Positions 55,801 to 64,000 of a DNA stretch of 64,000 nt are shown here, in pieces. The notes under the pieces were generated by a model. It ran no database searches. It had not been told where the DNA came from and saw only the letters and a program-made list of their open reading frames with translations. The position numbers and the translations under genes were made by a program. Numbering within the stretch: the first letter of the stretch is position 1; each line of letters opens with the position of its first letter. This DNA is from Octopus vulgaris. Lineage: Eukaryota. The DNA lies in the NCBI GenBank assembly GCA_951406725.2, contig OX597819.1:104966001-105030000 (forward strand), given 5' to 3'.

Positions 55801-58800
55801 CAATTTATAAAGACTGAATTAAAAAGACAAAGGACATAAAAAGGAAAAGTTGGCTATAATAGAAATTCGTACACTAAAATAATCCTAGAGTGCATGCATG
55901 TGTATGAGAGTGTGAATGCAATATGAGTCTGAAGAAGCTATGTTCAAAAACTAAATATGATGAAATTAATATACAAAATAATGTGTAGTTAAAACAAAAA
56001 GTGTCAGAAAATAAAGTCAAAATTCTCAAGTCTTTCACAAATTTCTAACCTGCAACATAAGGAATAAGGAGATTGCCCTGAAGTTATATAAATGAAATAA
56101 GTCCTGTGAGTATGCACATACTTGCTTCGCACAGTGAAGGTGGTATAAACCCATGACTACAATTTAGTTATCAGGAATAAGATTGGGTTATGGACAGCAA
56201 TAGAATAGGTCTATAACCAATGAAAGCACCACATGATATTGATTTCATTGTATCTAATTAAAATAGATATACTTATTCACAAGAAAATACCATCTTGCCA
56301 CGCTGTTTTGTATGTAAATTGACATAGATTTCTCAAAATATCAAATTTGAATAAATGTCAGGCTAATTAGATTTTTATTTTTCAACTTCTAGTGCAAAAC
56401 AAATTAATAAGAGGGTTCAATGAAAGTTAAAAGCATCAGATCTGGGACAATAATATGTGCAATAAAATCTACAGCTAATATAGAGAAAAGAAAATCAAGC
56501 TACATATTAAAATATGAATGAATACAGACTGAATATATATATATATATATATCATCATCATCGTTTAACGTCCGTTCTCCATGCTAGCATGGGTTGGACT
56601 AGTAATGGAATGCTTACAGCACCTAGGGTTCCCAAGCGGTCACCCATCTAAGTACTAACTAGGCTCGATGTTGCTTAACTTCGGTGATCAGACGAGAACC
56701 GGTGCTTTCAACGTGATATGGCTATATATATATATACACACACATACTTATTCAATCACAAAACAACTTCTGTTTCTAGTAGTCAGGTGTACATAGAAAT
56801 CTGTGATACCTTCATCAGTTGCTTACCGTTATGCATACAACTATAGTAAAGAGACCAATGATAGGTGGAAACAGTTGAAATAGGAATACTTTCAATTCAT
56901 TGTGCAAATAACATTGCTTAAATCTTTAAAATCAATATTAAAAGCACAATTTAAAATCATGATACCATAAGTTTTCAGTACAGATGACTACCAAAAAAAG
57001 AAAAAGAGAAAGCCACATATATGTGAGATTTAGCATATTCTGATAGGAAATCATAAACAAAGTCTCACAGCCTAAGCTTTGGAAATTTGAGCCCCATCAA
57101 ATATAATTCTTGATCTTGGCTGTCTACGACAGTCTACCAAGCCTATCCAAATTCTTCTGCTGAAGGAAGGTGGTATTACCAGCTTGCACTCTGTGCCTGA
57201 GTAAAATGGCTCAAGAGCACATCCTCAGATGCTGTTCAAAAGCCCTGAGTAAGGAGAGCTACTGCTGGCACCATAACCAATCACCAACTACAATAAGATA
57301 AGTCATTATAAACATCTCTACCCAATGAAGTATACCATCACTTTTGTTTGGGATGAAGCTAAATTCACTGGGAAGCAAAAGGTGGCTATAGAGAGTACTT
57401 GAAGTTCCCAGAAACTACTTCCGCATCACCAAACGTGGTGCTGATCTCAGAAGCACTCAAGCAGGTCATCTGATAAGAACTCTTGTTTATTGAGAGGGTC
57501 ATACTAAGGAAGTCAATGAGGAGGAAGGTATATAATGAACTGTTGGAAGAATACCAAAGCAATGAGTGGAAAGTAAGGTGTTGCTCACTGAGGTGAGATA
57601 CAGTGGTTTCACAATAGCCAGTAAGCAAAGAGCCATCATGTTATCCACCTAAGCAGCGAAAGTTGCTTCAAAGAGGATGTGAATCAATAGGTGTCATCAT
57701 TGAAAGATACGATGTACTTCACAACTGATGAAGTGTCCATGTGCATCACAAGTTGATGCATGTACACAACATAAAAACAAGACAGAAATACTTTCTGAAA
57801 ATATAATTTATAAAAAGCTAAAAATTCTAAAAGGATTTACACAAAGCCAAAATTGCCCTCATAGGAATTTTACTCTAAGATACTTAGTTGATCATAAATC
57901 TGCAACTGTAATGTATTGACATTAGGAGCACATGTAACTGATAGTTAACTGATGAACAGCATTACAATTAAGCTTTGTAAAATGTACTTTAACTAATATT
58001 AATAAGAAAATCAAATTCAGATCAGAGCAGTAAAAGATTTGATTTCAATTCTTTATATTAATTCCTTGAGATTAACAGAGAATTATCTCACCTATATGTC
58101 ATGTGGCTTCTCAAGCAAGCAGAAAGAATGGGCTTTAGCTTTTCATTTTTTTTTTTTTTATAATGGCTTGGAAATTCAGTTTTTGTTTTTTTTGTCATTT
58201 TATTTCATAAATTTATTTACACAGCTAAAGAATTGGAAGTATTTAGAAGCAACCTTTATTATAAATTCATTTAGAAGTCCAAGCTATCATGAAAAAAAAA
58301 AGTACTTAAAAAATAGTGGTTGCTTACTTGAAAACCTCATACACAACTGGTAAAATACTAAAAAGAGACCAAATTGAAACTAAATAAGAGCTTCTGAAGA
58401 CTAAAGTTATCAGCAAAATGTGATTTTTTTTTTTTTTTTACTTCTCTTGGAACAAATAAAAGAAATGCAACCAATTCTCAAAACTAAAAATTATTTTCCA
58501 TAATTTATATTTATTTTCTCTTTGCTTGAAATGGTGTAGTAATTTTCCAAACAAATTAACTTTTATCATTTAAAATTATACTGAAACAAAGCCTGAGAAA
58601 TAATGCAGTTCACTAAATAATAAATTTTTTTTAAAGAATTTAACAATTGTAATTTGAAAATAGAGTAATATCAAAAAATATTATGCCAAGGGATATGATT
58701 TTTTTCTTGTAAATTTAATATACTTTAAATCATTAAAGTAATAAGAAAATCTAAATAAATACACACACAAAGCTATTTCAAAACATCTTAAAAAGAGACA

Positions 58801-61800
58801 TAGCTATATCCAGATTCTCATAGAGTGACTTAAATATTATGAGAAGGGTACATGAAGTTACTTGCGTATAAGCCTAAATATTTTTTTGTGTGTGCATCTC
58901 TAAGTAGGATGTCATTCAAAATTTTTTATTCAAATGTATGCTAATGGTTATACATTTTACCAAACAGAAGACAAGGTATGTGATCCAATAACCTGACCCG
59001 CAGAATAACGAACAAGACATGGAGTAATAACATCAACATTAGCAGATTTTTACCTAACAATCATGGTTCTGTACTAGTATCTAATCAAGCTTAACTAATT
59101 TTTATATCAACTTTAATATTTCCATTCAATGAAATAAAATAACAGCATTTTTTTTTTCTTAGTACACTCATCATTTTATAGTATTTTCAATGAAGATTTA
59201 CTCCATGATTAATTATTCATTACGGATTTTGTAATTAATACACAGACTGCTAAGTTTCAGAAGAATATTGAGCATCAAGAGTATCATAAAACTAAAACTC
59301 TTGGGAAAGGCATGAATATCTCATTCCAATTCCCCTCTTCCAATGCATTTTCTCTCTCTATGCACCTGTCTGGAAATTGCATTATCTTCAGTCATTGATC
59401 TCATAGCTTTTGTTTCAAAGACCCCACCACATATCTATCTATATATCTACACACACACACAATACATATTTGATTTGCTATCAATTATGGAAGATTCTTC
59501 TAGAAAAGGTTATTTCCTTACAGCCAGATACATCTAGCCATTCTTATATTGTCTTGTTCTTTTTAAACTGATATCCTTTATTTAATGAAATACTTCGTGT
59601 TTAGAACAATCCTCTAAAATAAAATAAAATTTAATTTTAAAAACACAGGATTCAAACCTAACTAAAAATCTTTCCAACTGAGTGTAAGCATGTGTCTGTA
59701 CAAACTTTTACACACTCACACAATACAAATAAATAAGAAATCTCAATGAGTAATCAACATTTTACTTTTTTAAACAGATTTATTTCCACCTCCCTTTCTT
59801 TTTTTTTCTTTTGCTATCCATGTGTTCTGACATTCTATAAAGTAACAGAGAATGTTCAATGATTTGCATTCCTTCATCAGTGTCTTGCCTATAACCAAAA
59901 CAATTCTCTTTTGCTCATTACTCCAAACTGTAAATAGACCCCATGAATAAGTGCCGTCACCACTATAAGTAACAAGAGCACTGGTTTGTAAACAAGTGTT
60001 TTCTTACCTTGCAGTTCTGAGTTTAAATTTTACTATAGAGCCCCACTAGACTGTCTTTCTCCATAGACACATGAATTTGAAGCTTTCACTAAAACCCTGA
60101 CCAAACTGTCTTACACAATTCTATAAGTGATTTGATTTATTTAAATCTATATTAATTAAAGTGTAAGTTACACCAAAATAGTTAAACAGTAAAAATACGA
60201 TTGCTTGGTTTTTCGGATGTTAATGTAGAGTTTCAAAAGTATACAAGTGCATCAAGAAGAAAATTTCAAATCACCAGTTAAAACAAATCTAAGCAGGCCT
60301 CAAGGTTTCATACAATAAATTTCACAAAAGATAATAAAAGTTAATTTTGCTACAAATATCTGTGTTTGCCCTTCCTCAGCAAGAAAAGAAGTTAAATAAA
60401 ACCAACTGGTTAAAAGGTTTACAATACTATCATCTCATATGTCTGATGACAATCAAATGCAACCATACACACACATAATATTGATACATATACAGCATTG
60501 ATATAAAGTCTCCTCTTTAATGCCTGAAAATACTTTAAATGTGTGTAGCCCTGTGGCTACACACATTCATTTATCCTTGATCAGATCTAAAAGCAGACCA
60601 TCTAGTTGATTGGCACTCACCAGCCACCACAACTGTAAGTCCACAACTTTCAGCACCCTTGGCACATCTACTTTTCATTATCCTTACTACAGTGCCCCAG
60701 CCTGCAAACCCACTCTAAATCATTTCTCCACACAACTCCCTCCTTGCCTATATTTTCCCACAGAACTTCACACTGAACATACATCGACATCAATTTCACC
60801 ACGCTAGGACCTAGAAATGCCATGAATGACACTTTTCCTCAGCTAATTAAATTAGAGAAAAAAGTCCCACTTCCCCTCTAATAACAGAAAAATACTGCAA
60901 ATACCTAAGACAGAATATTTCCCTATTCCAATAAATTTTTGAATAGAAACATTGGTATGGAAACACCAATGTCCCCTTACACACACATACACATCTAATA
61001 CAATCAAAGCTTGAAATTTGAGGCTAATGATGAATAACATTTAAAAGATTTTTTTGAAATGCAAATAAAATGTGTCCCTTCCAGGAGAGTAGTTAGATAG
61101 TTTGAAGGGTTTTTTAAAATTCTTTTTTCCTTTTTATTTTTCAAATTTTTTTTTTATATTTCTTTACAATTTTAAACAGACAAGATCGGGAGAAATATTG
61201 ATCTGATAAAAACCATGTATGTGATGTGAATAAGAAGAAAAGAGTGGCTGTTATAATAACTCAAATGAAGTACAACTCAAGGGTACTGTCCATAGTTATT
61301 TGAAACAGAGGACATTTGACCCAGCTTTGTTAGTAGTTATTATAAGCAAAGTCCAGATAAGGTATACACACCAAACATTTTATTAACAAAAAGAAAATTC
61401 ACATTAAAAAAAATTAAAAACATGAGAATTCAAAAATAATTTTTAAAAATACATAAAATTAATTGAAATATCTAATATTGTTTTCCAGTAAGCATTATAT
61501 ATAAAACTAATAGTAATTAGAAAACGTTTTAGAAACTTTGTTCCACATTTTAAACCTTAAAGATGATTCTTTTTTCAATAGCTAAATAAATAAATTAAAA
61601 ATAGTGCCTTAGTTTTACCAAATAAAATACAAAGATCAGTTAAGAAAATGAATTAGCTTTTATGTCACAGTATTTGTTTTACAACAATCAGGAAGGAAAA
61701 AAAAAGGACTTAAAATAAGAATCTAAACAAAATCAAAATGACTAGACATAAATATTGTAATAACTGACTATTCTAAAACTATGGAAGCATCTAGATAACC

Positions 61801-61977
61801 ACAATTCTAGCTAATATATCAAGTAAAAGAGGAAAGAAAAGAGTTTGCAACCAACCTTCACGATCTCCTGTTTCAACACTTGTAGTCTGAGTTTCTTTAC
61901 TGTATGAGACATTCTCTTTTGGAGCAATGGTCGTCTCTGAAACCTTGCAGATGGACAACTTTACCTTCGGCCTAATG
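524..61977 (-). CDS. DYNC1I2: Cytoplasmic dynein 1 intermediate chain, multi-exon gene, 5'-partial (N-terminal exons outside the window)
   Basis: Twelve GT-AG exons join in one frame with consistent phases. Diagnostic motifs: KETQT (LC8 site), [16 protein letters not shown] (helix/LC7 region), [49 protein letters not shown]. The symbol indicates the family; an invertebrate gene is not specifically assignable to DYNC1I1 or DYNC1I2. Confidence 0.97.
967..1092 (-). CDS. DYNC1I2: DIC exon ([42 protein letters not shown])
   Basis: 126 nt, CAG acceptor, GTTGGT donor, phase 0-0, last WD40 repeat. Confidence 0.95.
1201..1426. mobile_element. Tc1/mariner-type MITE
   Basis: Imperfect TIRs tacaaagggatgctgaaaagttcct (1201-1225) and aggaacgttttcagcgtctcttcata (1401-1426), with TA ends. 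Confidence 0.65.
1555..1695 (-). CDS. DYNC1I2: DIC exon ([47 protein letters not shown])
   Basis: 141 nt, CAG acceptor, GTAATT donor; within ORF 1525..1728. Confidence 0.96.
2580..2795 (-). mobile_element. Decayed tRNA-head SINE (family A)
   Basis: Plus strand reads ...gatgaaaggc...atttgaactc..., shared with many copies in the window. Confidence 0.55.
3770..3945 (+). mobile_element. (ATG)n-tailed retroposon/SINE (family B)
   Basis: aaagcaccc...ggcattaggaaggacatccagcc...tccaacccatggcagcatgga...taaatgatgatgatg. Confidence 0.7.
3958..4102 (-). CDS. DYNC1I2: DIC exon ([49 protein letters not shown])
   Basis: 145 nt, phase 2-0, CAG acceptor, GTAAGT donor; WD40 repeat with GH and W-S dipeptides. 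Confidence 0.96.
5175..5308 (-). CDS. DYNC1I2: DIC exon ([44 protein letters not shown])
   Basis: 134 nt, phase 0-2, TAG acceptor, GTTTGT donor; translated manually, absent from the ORF track. Confidence 0.95.
6384..6497 (-). CDS. DYNC1I2: DIC exon ([38 protein letters not shown])
   Basis: 114 nt, CAG acceptor, GTAAGA donor; highly conserved DIC sequence. Confidence 0.96.
6582..6775 (-). mobile_element. (ATG)n-tailed retroposon/SINE (family B)
   Basis: catcatcatc...gtttaatgtccgctttccatgctggcatg...gggtgcttttt; its reverse complement aligns with 8800-8993. Confidence 0.8.
7960..8185 (+). mobile_element. Family B SINE, diverged
   Basis: gtgccatgtaaaaagcacc...aagggcacccagccatagaaacc...gtccaacccatgccag. 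Confidence 0.65.
8281..8427 (-). CDS. DYNC1I2: DIC exon ([49 protein letters not shown])
   Basis: 147 nt, TAG acceptor, GTAAGT donor, phase 0-0. Confidence 0.96.
8800..8993 (+). mobile_element. Family B SINE
   Basis: Same family as 6582-6775 in opposite orientation; ends atgatgatgatgat. Confidence 0.8.
9152..9277 (-). CDS. DYNC1I2: DIC exon ([42 protein letters not shown])
   Basis: 126 nt, CAG acceptor, GTAGGT donor; within ORF 9089..9301. Confidence 0.96.
10190..10350 (-). mobile_element. Family B SINE
   Basis: catcatcatcg...tttccatactggcatgggttggacggtttgacagg... Confidence 0.7.
10594..10693 (-). CDS. DYNC1I2: DIC exon ([33 protein letters not shown])
   Basis: 100 nt, phase 2-0, CAG acceptor, GTTTGT donor; FFDERWSK motif. 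Confidence 0.95.
11101..11260 (-). CDS. DYNC1I2: DIC exon ([53 protein letters not shown])
   Basis: 160 nt, phase 1-2, CAG acceptor, GTAAGT donor; conserved helix/LC7-binding region. Confidence 0.95.
12700..13625 (-). mobile_element. Head-to-tail array of about 4 family A tRNA-head SINEs
   Basis: Repeated (aat)n-ttcaaattttggcacaa...tcgaccccgaaagg(a)tgaaaggcaaag...atttgaactcagaa units. The minus strand carries a B-box-like GTTCAAAT. Confidence 0.8.
13739..13903 (-). CDS. DYNC1I2: DIC exon ([55 protein letters not shown]), with alternative acceptor at 13873
   Basis: Phase 1-1, GTAAGT donor. In-frame acceptors TAG (exon starts 13903) and CAG (exon starts 13873). Within ORF 13731..13949. Confidence 0.9.
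14161..14177 (-). promoter_or_regulatory. Putative intronic RNA-pairing element D
   Basis: Transcript UGCCACAAAGAAAUGUA forms 17 contiguous pairs (2 G-U) with 22817-22833. Confidence 0.5.
14183..14246. repeat. Perfect 32-bp tandem duplication
   Basis: aagtatggggaaagaataaattttcaaattac x2. Confidence 0.9.
15855..16380. repeat. Compound (TA)n/(CA)n microsatellite
   Basis: Directly visible; produces spurious Y/I/H/T/C/V-rich ORFs. Confidence 0.95.
16403..16487. ncRNA. Inverted pair of decayed minimal type I hammerhead-ribozyme motifs (probable Penelope-like element relic)
   Basis: Plus strand: CTGAAGA-agtct-agc-agtct-GAAAC-ttcaaa-GTC. Minus strand: gacagt-CTGAAGt-aggct-aac-agact-GAAAC-tttgaa-aTC-attgtc. 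Confidence 0.45.
17810..18410 (-). mobile_element. Head-to-tail array of 3 family A SINEs
   Basis: Three units containing aaggcaaagttgac...atttgaac, separated by (aat)n. Confidence 0.8.
22152..22187 (-). CDS. Candidate 36-nt alternative exon ([12 protein letters not shown])
   Basis: ttctttcacttacgcaatgcag acceptor, phase 1-1, open frame. Weak GTCTGC donor followed by two TGCATG motifs. Confidence 0.35.
22812..22838 (-). CDS. Candidate 27-nt microexon (GRCVSLWQQ), overlapping pairing element B
   Basis: tattttcttcag acceptor, GTCAGT donor, phase 1-1. Confidence 0.3.
22817..22839 (-). promoter_or_regulatory. Putative RNA docking element B
   Basis: Transcript GGAAGGUGCGUUUCUUUGUGGCA is complementary to 34980-35001 and to 14161-14177. 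Confidence 0.5.
23094..23180 (-). CDS. DYNC1I2: Alternative DIC exon, 87 nt ([29 protein letters not shown])
   Basis: GAGCAG tandem acceptor, AAG|GTAGGA donor, phase 1-1. PNLEWDDEF resembles the Drosophila Cdic variable segment PGLEWEDEF (recalled, not searched). The donor and 3' part are more certain than the acceptor. Confidence 0.82.
26430..26750 (-). mobile_element. SINE family C (second copy at about 41550-41830)
   Basis: Shared catgtaccatgctt...gactggagcaat...tcaa(g/a)gacacaa...ccctaacca between the two loci. Confidence 0.6.
29674..29790. mobile_element. Small inverted-repeat element (MITE-like) in a TA context
   Basis: Perfect 21-bp TIR ggaaaaaaagtcaaggtagaa / ttctaccttgactttttttcc. 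Confidence 0.7.
34980..35001 (-). promoter_or_regulatory. Putative intronic RNA-pairing element A
   Basis: Transcript UGCCCAAAUAAACGCACCUUCC gives 13 perfect plus 8 further pairs with 22817-22839. Confidence 0.5.
35174..35197 (-). CDS. DYNC1I2: DIC microexon, 24 nt (ARGPWDYY)
   Basis: tttgctgacattgaag acceptor, ACG|GTAAGT donor, phase 1-1. Resembles the Drosophila Cdic variable exon AHATDYY (recalled). Confidence 0.85.
37055..37490 (-). mobile_element. Two family A SINEs in (AAT)n/(GAT)n
   Basis: catcgaccccagtgttcaactggtacttattttatcgaccctgaaaggatgaaagg...atttgaactc. Confidence 0.8.
40460..41350 (-). mobile_element. Head-to-tail array of about 4 family A SINEs
   Basis: Repeated units as at 12700-13625. 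Confidence 0.8.
43433..43471 (-). CDS. DYNC1I2: Alternative DIC exon, 39 nt ([13 protein letters not shown])
   Basis: ccctaaatttgctgctgctttccag acceptor with branch-like CTAAA and UGC motifs, GTGAGT donor, phase 1-1, CpG-containing island within AT-rich intron. Confidence 0.7.
46890..47720. mobile_element. Unclassified element with ~140-bp diverged direct repeats
   Basis: ggtacaggacatcaaaaa...caatgagaaa...aaagaatattccccttcttcagttgtccc at about 46895-47030 and 47587-47718. Confidence 0.55.
47745..48575 (-). mobile_element. CR1-group LINE, 3' fragment (RT C-terminus), frameshifted
   Basis: ORFs 48213..48518 ([11 protein letters not shown]...[10 protein letters not shown]) and 47799..48188 ([19 protein letters not shown]...FKSKLDLFL) carry CR1/L2-type ORF2 C-terminal motifs. 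Confidence 0.85.
48620..49452 (+). mobile_element. L1/Tx1-type LINE fragment (C-terminal zinc-knuckle region)
   Basis: ORF 48844..: [15 protein letters not shown]...[18 protein letters not shown], a zf-RVT-like motif. Confidence 0.7.
49455..49885. repeat. Compound (TA)n/(TACA)n microsatellite
   Basis: Directly visible. Confidence 0.95.
53760..53792 (-). CDS. DYNC1I2: Alternative DIC exon, 33 nt ([11 protein letters not shown])
   Basis: ctttaccatctgtgtag acceptor, GTGAGT donor (a second donor GTAAGC lies 4 nt further), phase 1-1, open frame. Confidence 0.6.
54473..54487 (-). CDS. Candidate DIC microexon, 15 nt (VFDAQ)
   Basis: cctcaatag acceptor, AAG|GTTTGG donor, phase 1-1. Confidence 0.45.
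56612..56723 (-). pseudogene. 5S rRNA copy, lacking about 6 nt at the 5' end (retro-pseudogene or SINE3-like head)
   Basis: GCCATATCACGTTGAAAGCACCGGTTCTCGTCTGATCACCGAAGTTAAGCAACATCGAGCCTAGTTAGTACTTAGATGGGTGACCGCTTGGGAACCCTAGGTGCTGTAAGC matches metazoan 5S including the internal control region. Single copy, no oligo-T terminator. Confidence 0.92.
61856..61977 (-). CDS. DYNC1I2: DIC exon with Tctex/LC8-binding region ([40 protein letters not shown])
   Basis: KETQT motif, phase 2-1, AAG|GTTGGT donor. Tandem acceptors give starts at 61977 or 61971. Confidence 0.94.
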
Positions 61978-62339
61978 CTACAAACCAAAATAAAACCAAT
62001 TTATGATGCAAGAGTGACAGAGCTATGTCAGTATTACAATTGCTGTAAGCCATGCAAAAAATTGTTAGACCTTATATCAAAGAAACAAATGATTTGCATT
62101 TGCTTTACACTTAAAAATTAATTGTCAAATCTAGGTGGATTACAGCATGTAAAATAAATTATCTTGTCTCAGAAACTAAAATGTCTACAATGGATTGAAC
62201 TAACAACCCGTGAGTGAGTAGTTCAATAATTGTCTACACAACCATTTCATTTCTAATTTTGTAAATAGTTAGCTTAATATTTGTTTTGATTTTACAGATG
62301 ATGTAATCCTTAATCATACAACATAATTCCCATTATATA

Positions 62340-62600
62340 TATCTGGATCTGGAGGAAGGCACAGTACTATTTGCCCTCGCAGATCATCGTCCTAGACAAG
62401 TGAGATGCCATTAAGATGGCATGCTCTTGAACTTTTGCAAGTCAACATCTGTAGAAAAAACATGAGCAGGAAGAGAATTCCAGATGGCCAGCATTCTGGG
62501 AAGAAAAAACTGAGCATAGTAATTAATGTGGAACCTTGGAGGGTTGGACACAACAAGGATGAGGAGAGAAGAGACAAACCTGGAATTATTTTCCTCAAGT
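62340..62600 (-). mobile_element. CR1/L2-group LINE 3' end relic
   Basis: ORF 62411..62620: FFLPRMLAIWNSLPAHVF...DLQKFK, a typical ORF2 C-terminus. Confidence 0.7.
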
Positions 62601-63844
62601 AATGGATACTCTTCCAACAATCATAAACTCTATATTCAAGGATGTCTGATACTTTATTAAAACTCAATACGAAAGCTAATTTCAAAGTTATTTTACACTA
62701 ATTGCACTAATTTTCAGAAACTCTTTGTGATATATGTGTAAGGGAATAGTGCTATAAGTTCAAACCATACTCACTTGACATTTGAGTCATTAGCAATAAG
62801 AAGTGTACAAGCAACAACATTCTCATTATTGTACATTTGTTTTTCCAAGCTCATATAGGTAGGATAGTTCCTTTCCAATACAATCCTACCATTTGTTGCA
62901 TTCCTTTATCTCCTTTGTGAAGCTCAGCACTTGTGTCTGTATACCCCTTGATTTCCTCATCTACAATTTTCTTCTAGATGCATCTTTAGGTACCACATTA
63001 CCCAACCATTATCATCCATACAGATTTCCTATTCATACAATAGTCATCTCTCTTACACATTATATCTAATTCTGTTTATACCCAGTTTTTCTCTCAGCTC
63101 ATCTGTACCTCATCATCTATGCACATTAACATTACATATCTAGTAAATTTTGCTTGATTTATTTCTCTCTAACATTCACACATCCTGGGAAGATGGTAAT
63201 TTAAAATACACATACTATAGAAAAAAAATTTAATAACCAAATAAAAACTCCCCTAACAATTTTTTTTTTTTTGGTACTTAAAGGAAAAAGAACAGTGATC
63301 ATAACACTTTTGCAAGAGATCTGAGACCAGGAGAAAGAGGAGGGGGGAAAAAAGACAAACAACATTCATAGGTGAACTTCAGCCTTAGTCTAAATGCCTG
63401 CAAGAGATTGGACTCCAATAAAGATACCCAAAAGTAAGGCGGTGACAAACTGAGAAACGATTTGCCTCTCAAGAATCAGTATAATCCAGTTAAACTTCCA
63501 ATACAATTTCTAGTTACTCAATATCAGTAAGAAAGCCTAGGTCAGCACAATATGGAAGAAGAAAAAATCACCTTCCCCAAAGTGCTGTCCTGTAGGAGTG
63601 AAACTAGAACCACCAATGTTACATTATGTCCAAATAATAATCTTTTTTATCATTCTGAAGCTAAAACAATGAAAAGAAAACTCTTACCTTCCTCCAGGAA
63701 TTACCACATTTGTTTGTTCTGTGTCCTGTATTGTGGGGCTTATACTACCACTTCGACCACCACCCTCTAAAAGAAAATTAATATAGAAAATACACCAGAT
63801 ATTAGGCACAGTTTTTGAAAAGGTTGATCAATAATAAAAATAAT

Positions 63845-63990
63845 AGCAATCCTTTCTACTATAAGCATATTTTGGGGCAGGGGGCTAATCAATAACATCA
63901 ATTCCAGTGCTCAACTAGTACTTACTTTACTGAGCCCGAAAGGTGAAAAGCAAAGTTGACCTCAATGGAATTTGAACTCAGAAGAAATGC
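63845..63990 (-). mobile_element. Family A SINE
   Basis: ccagtgctcaactagtactt...cccgaaaggtgaaaagcaaagttgacc...atttgaactcagaa. Confidence 0.75.
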
Positions 63991-64000
63991 TGTGAAGAAT

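Noticed and set aside
56612-56723. Functional 5S rRNA gene
   Set aside because: The 5' end is replaced by (TA)n, there is no oligo-T terminator, and it is a solitary copy fused to a retroposon tail.
57060-57720. GC-richer tract, possibly an old LINE ORF2 relic
   Set aside because: No intact diagnostic motif could be read.
60008-60016. 9-nt AG...GTAAGA segment (ELQ)
   Set aside because: Poor acceptor, and it derives from a SINE head fragment.

Overview
AT-rich animal genomic DNA, most likely octopus or another coleoid cephalopod (inferred from its SINE types and dense (TA)n/(CA)n/(AAT)n microsatellites). Almost the whole window is one minus-strand gene, cytoplasmic dynein 1 intermediate chain. 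Twelve core coding exons splice by GT-AG into one reading frame, from the light-chain-binding exon (61856-61977, KETQT) through the WD40 domain to the stop at 524. The N-terminal exons lie beyond the window. The ~48 kb interval 13904-61855 holds a set of small frame-preserving phase-1 exons that the ORF track misses (15, 33, 39, 24 and 87 nt, plus weaker candidates). Two of them resemble the Drosophila Cdic variable exons. A single non-repeat element at 22817-22839 is complementary to competing partners 12 kb upstream (34980-35001) and 8.6 kb downstream (14161-14177) in the pre-mRNA, which suggests a docking-site/selector RNA switch controlling isoform choice. Also present: a 5S rRNA/retroposon-tail chimera, a palindrome of two decayed hammerhead-ribozyme motifs, CR1-like and L1/Tx1-like LINE relics, MITEs and several SINE families. 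All alignments were done by eye, and repeat boundaries are approximate.
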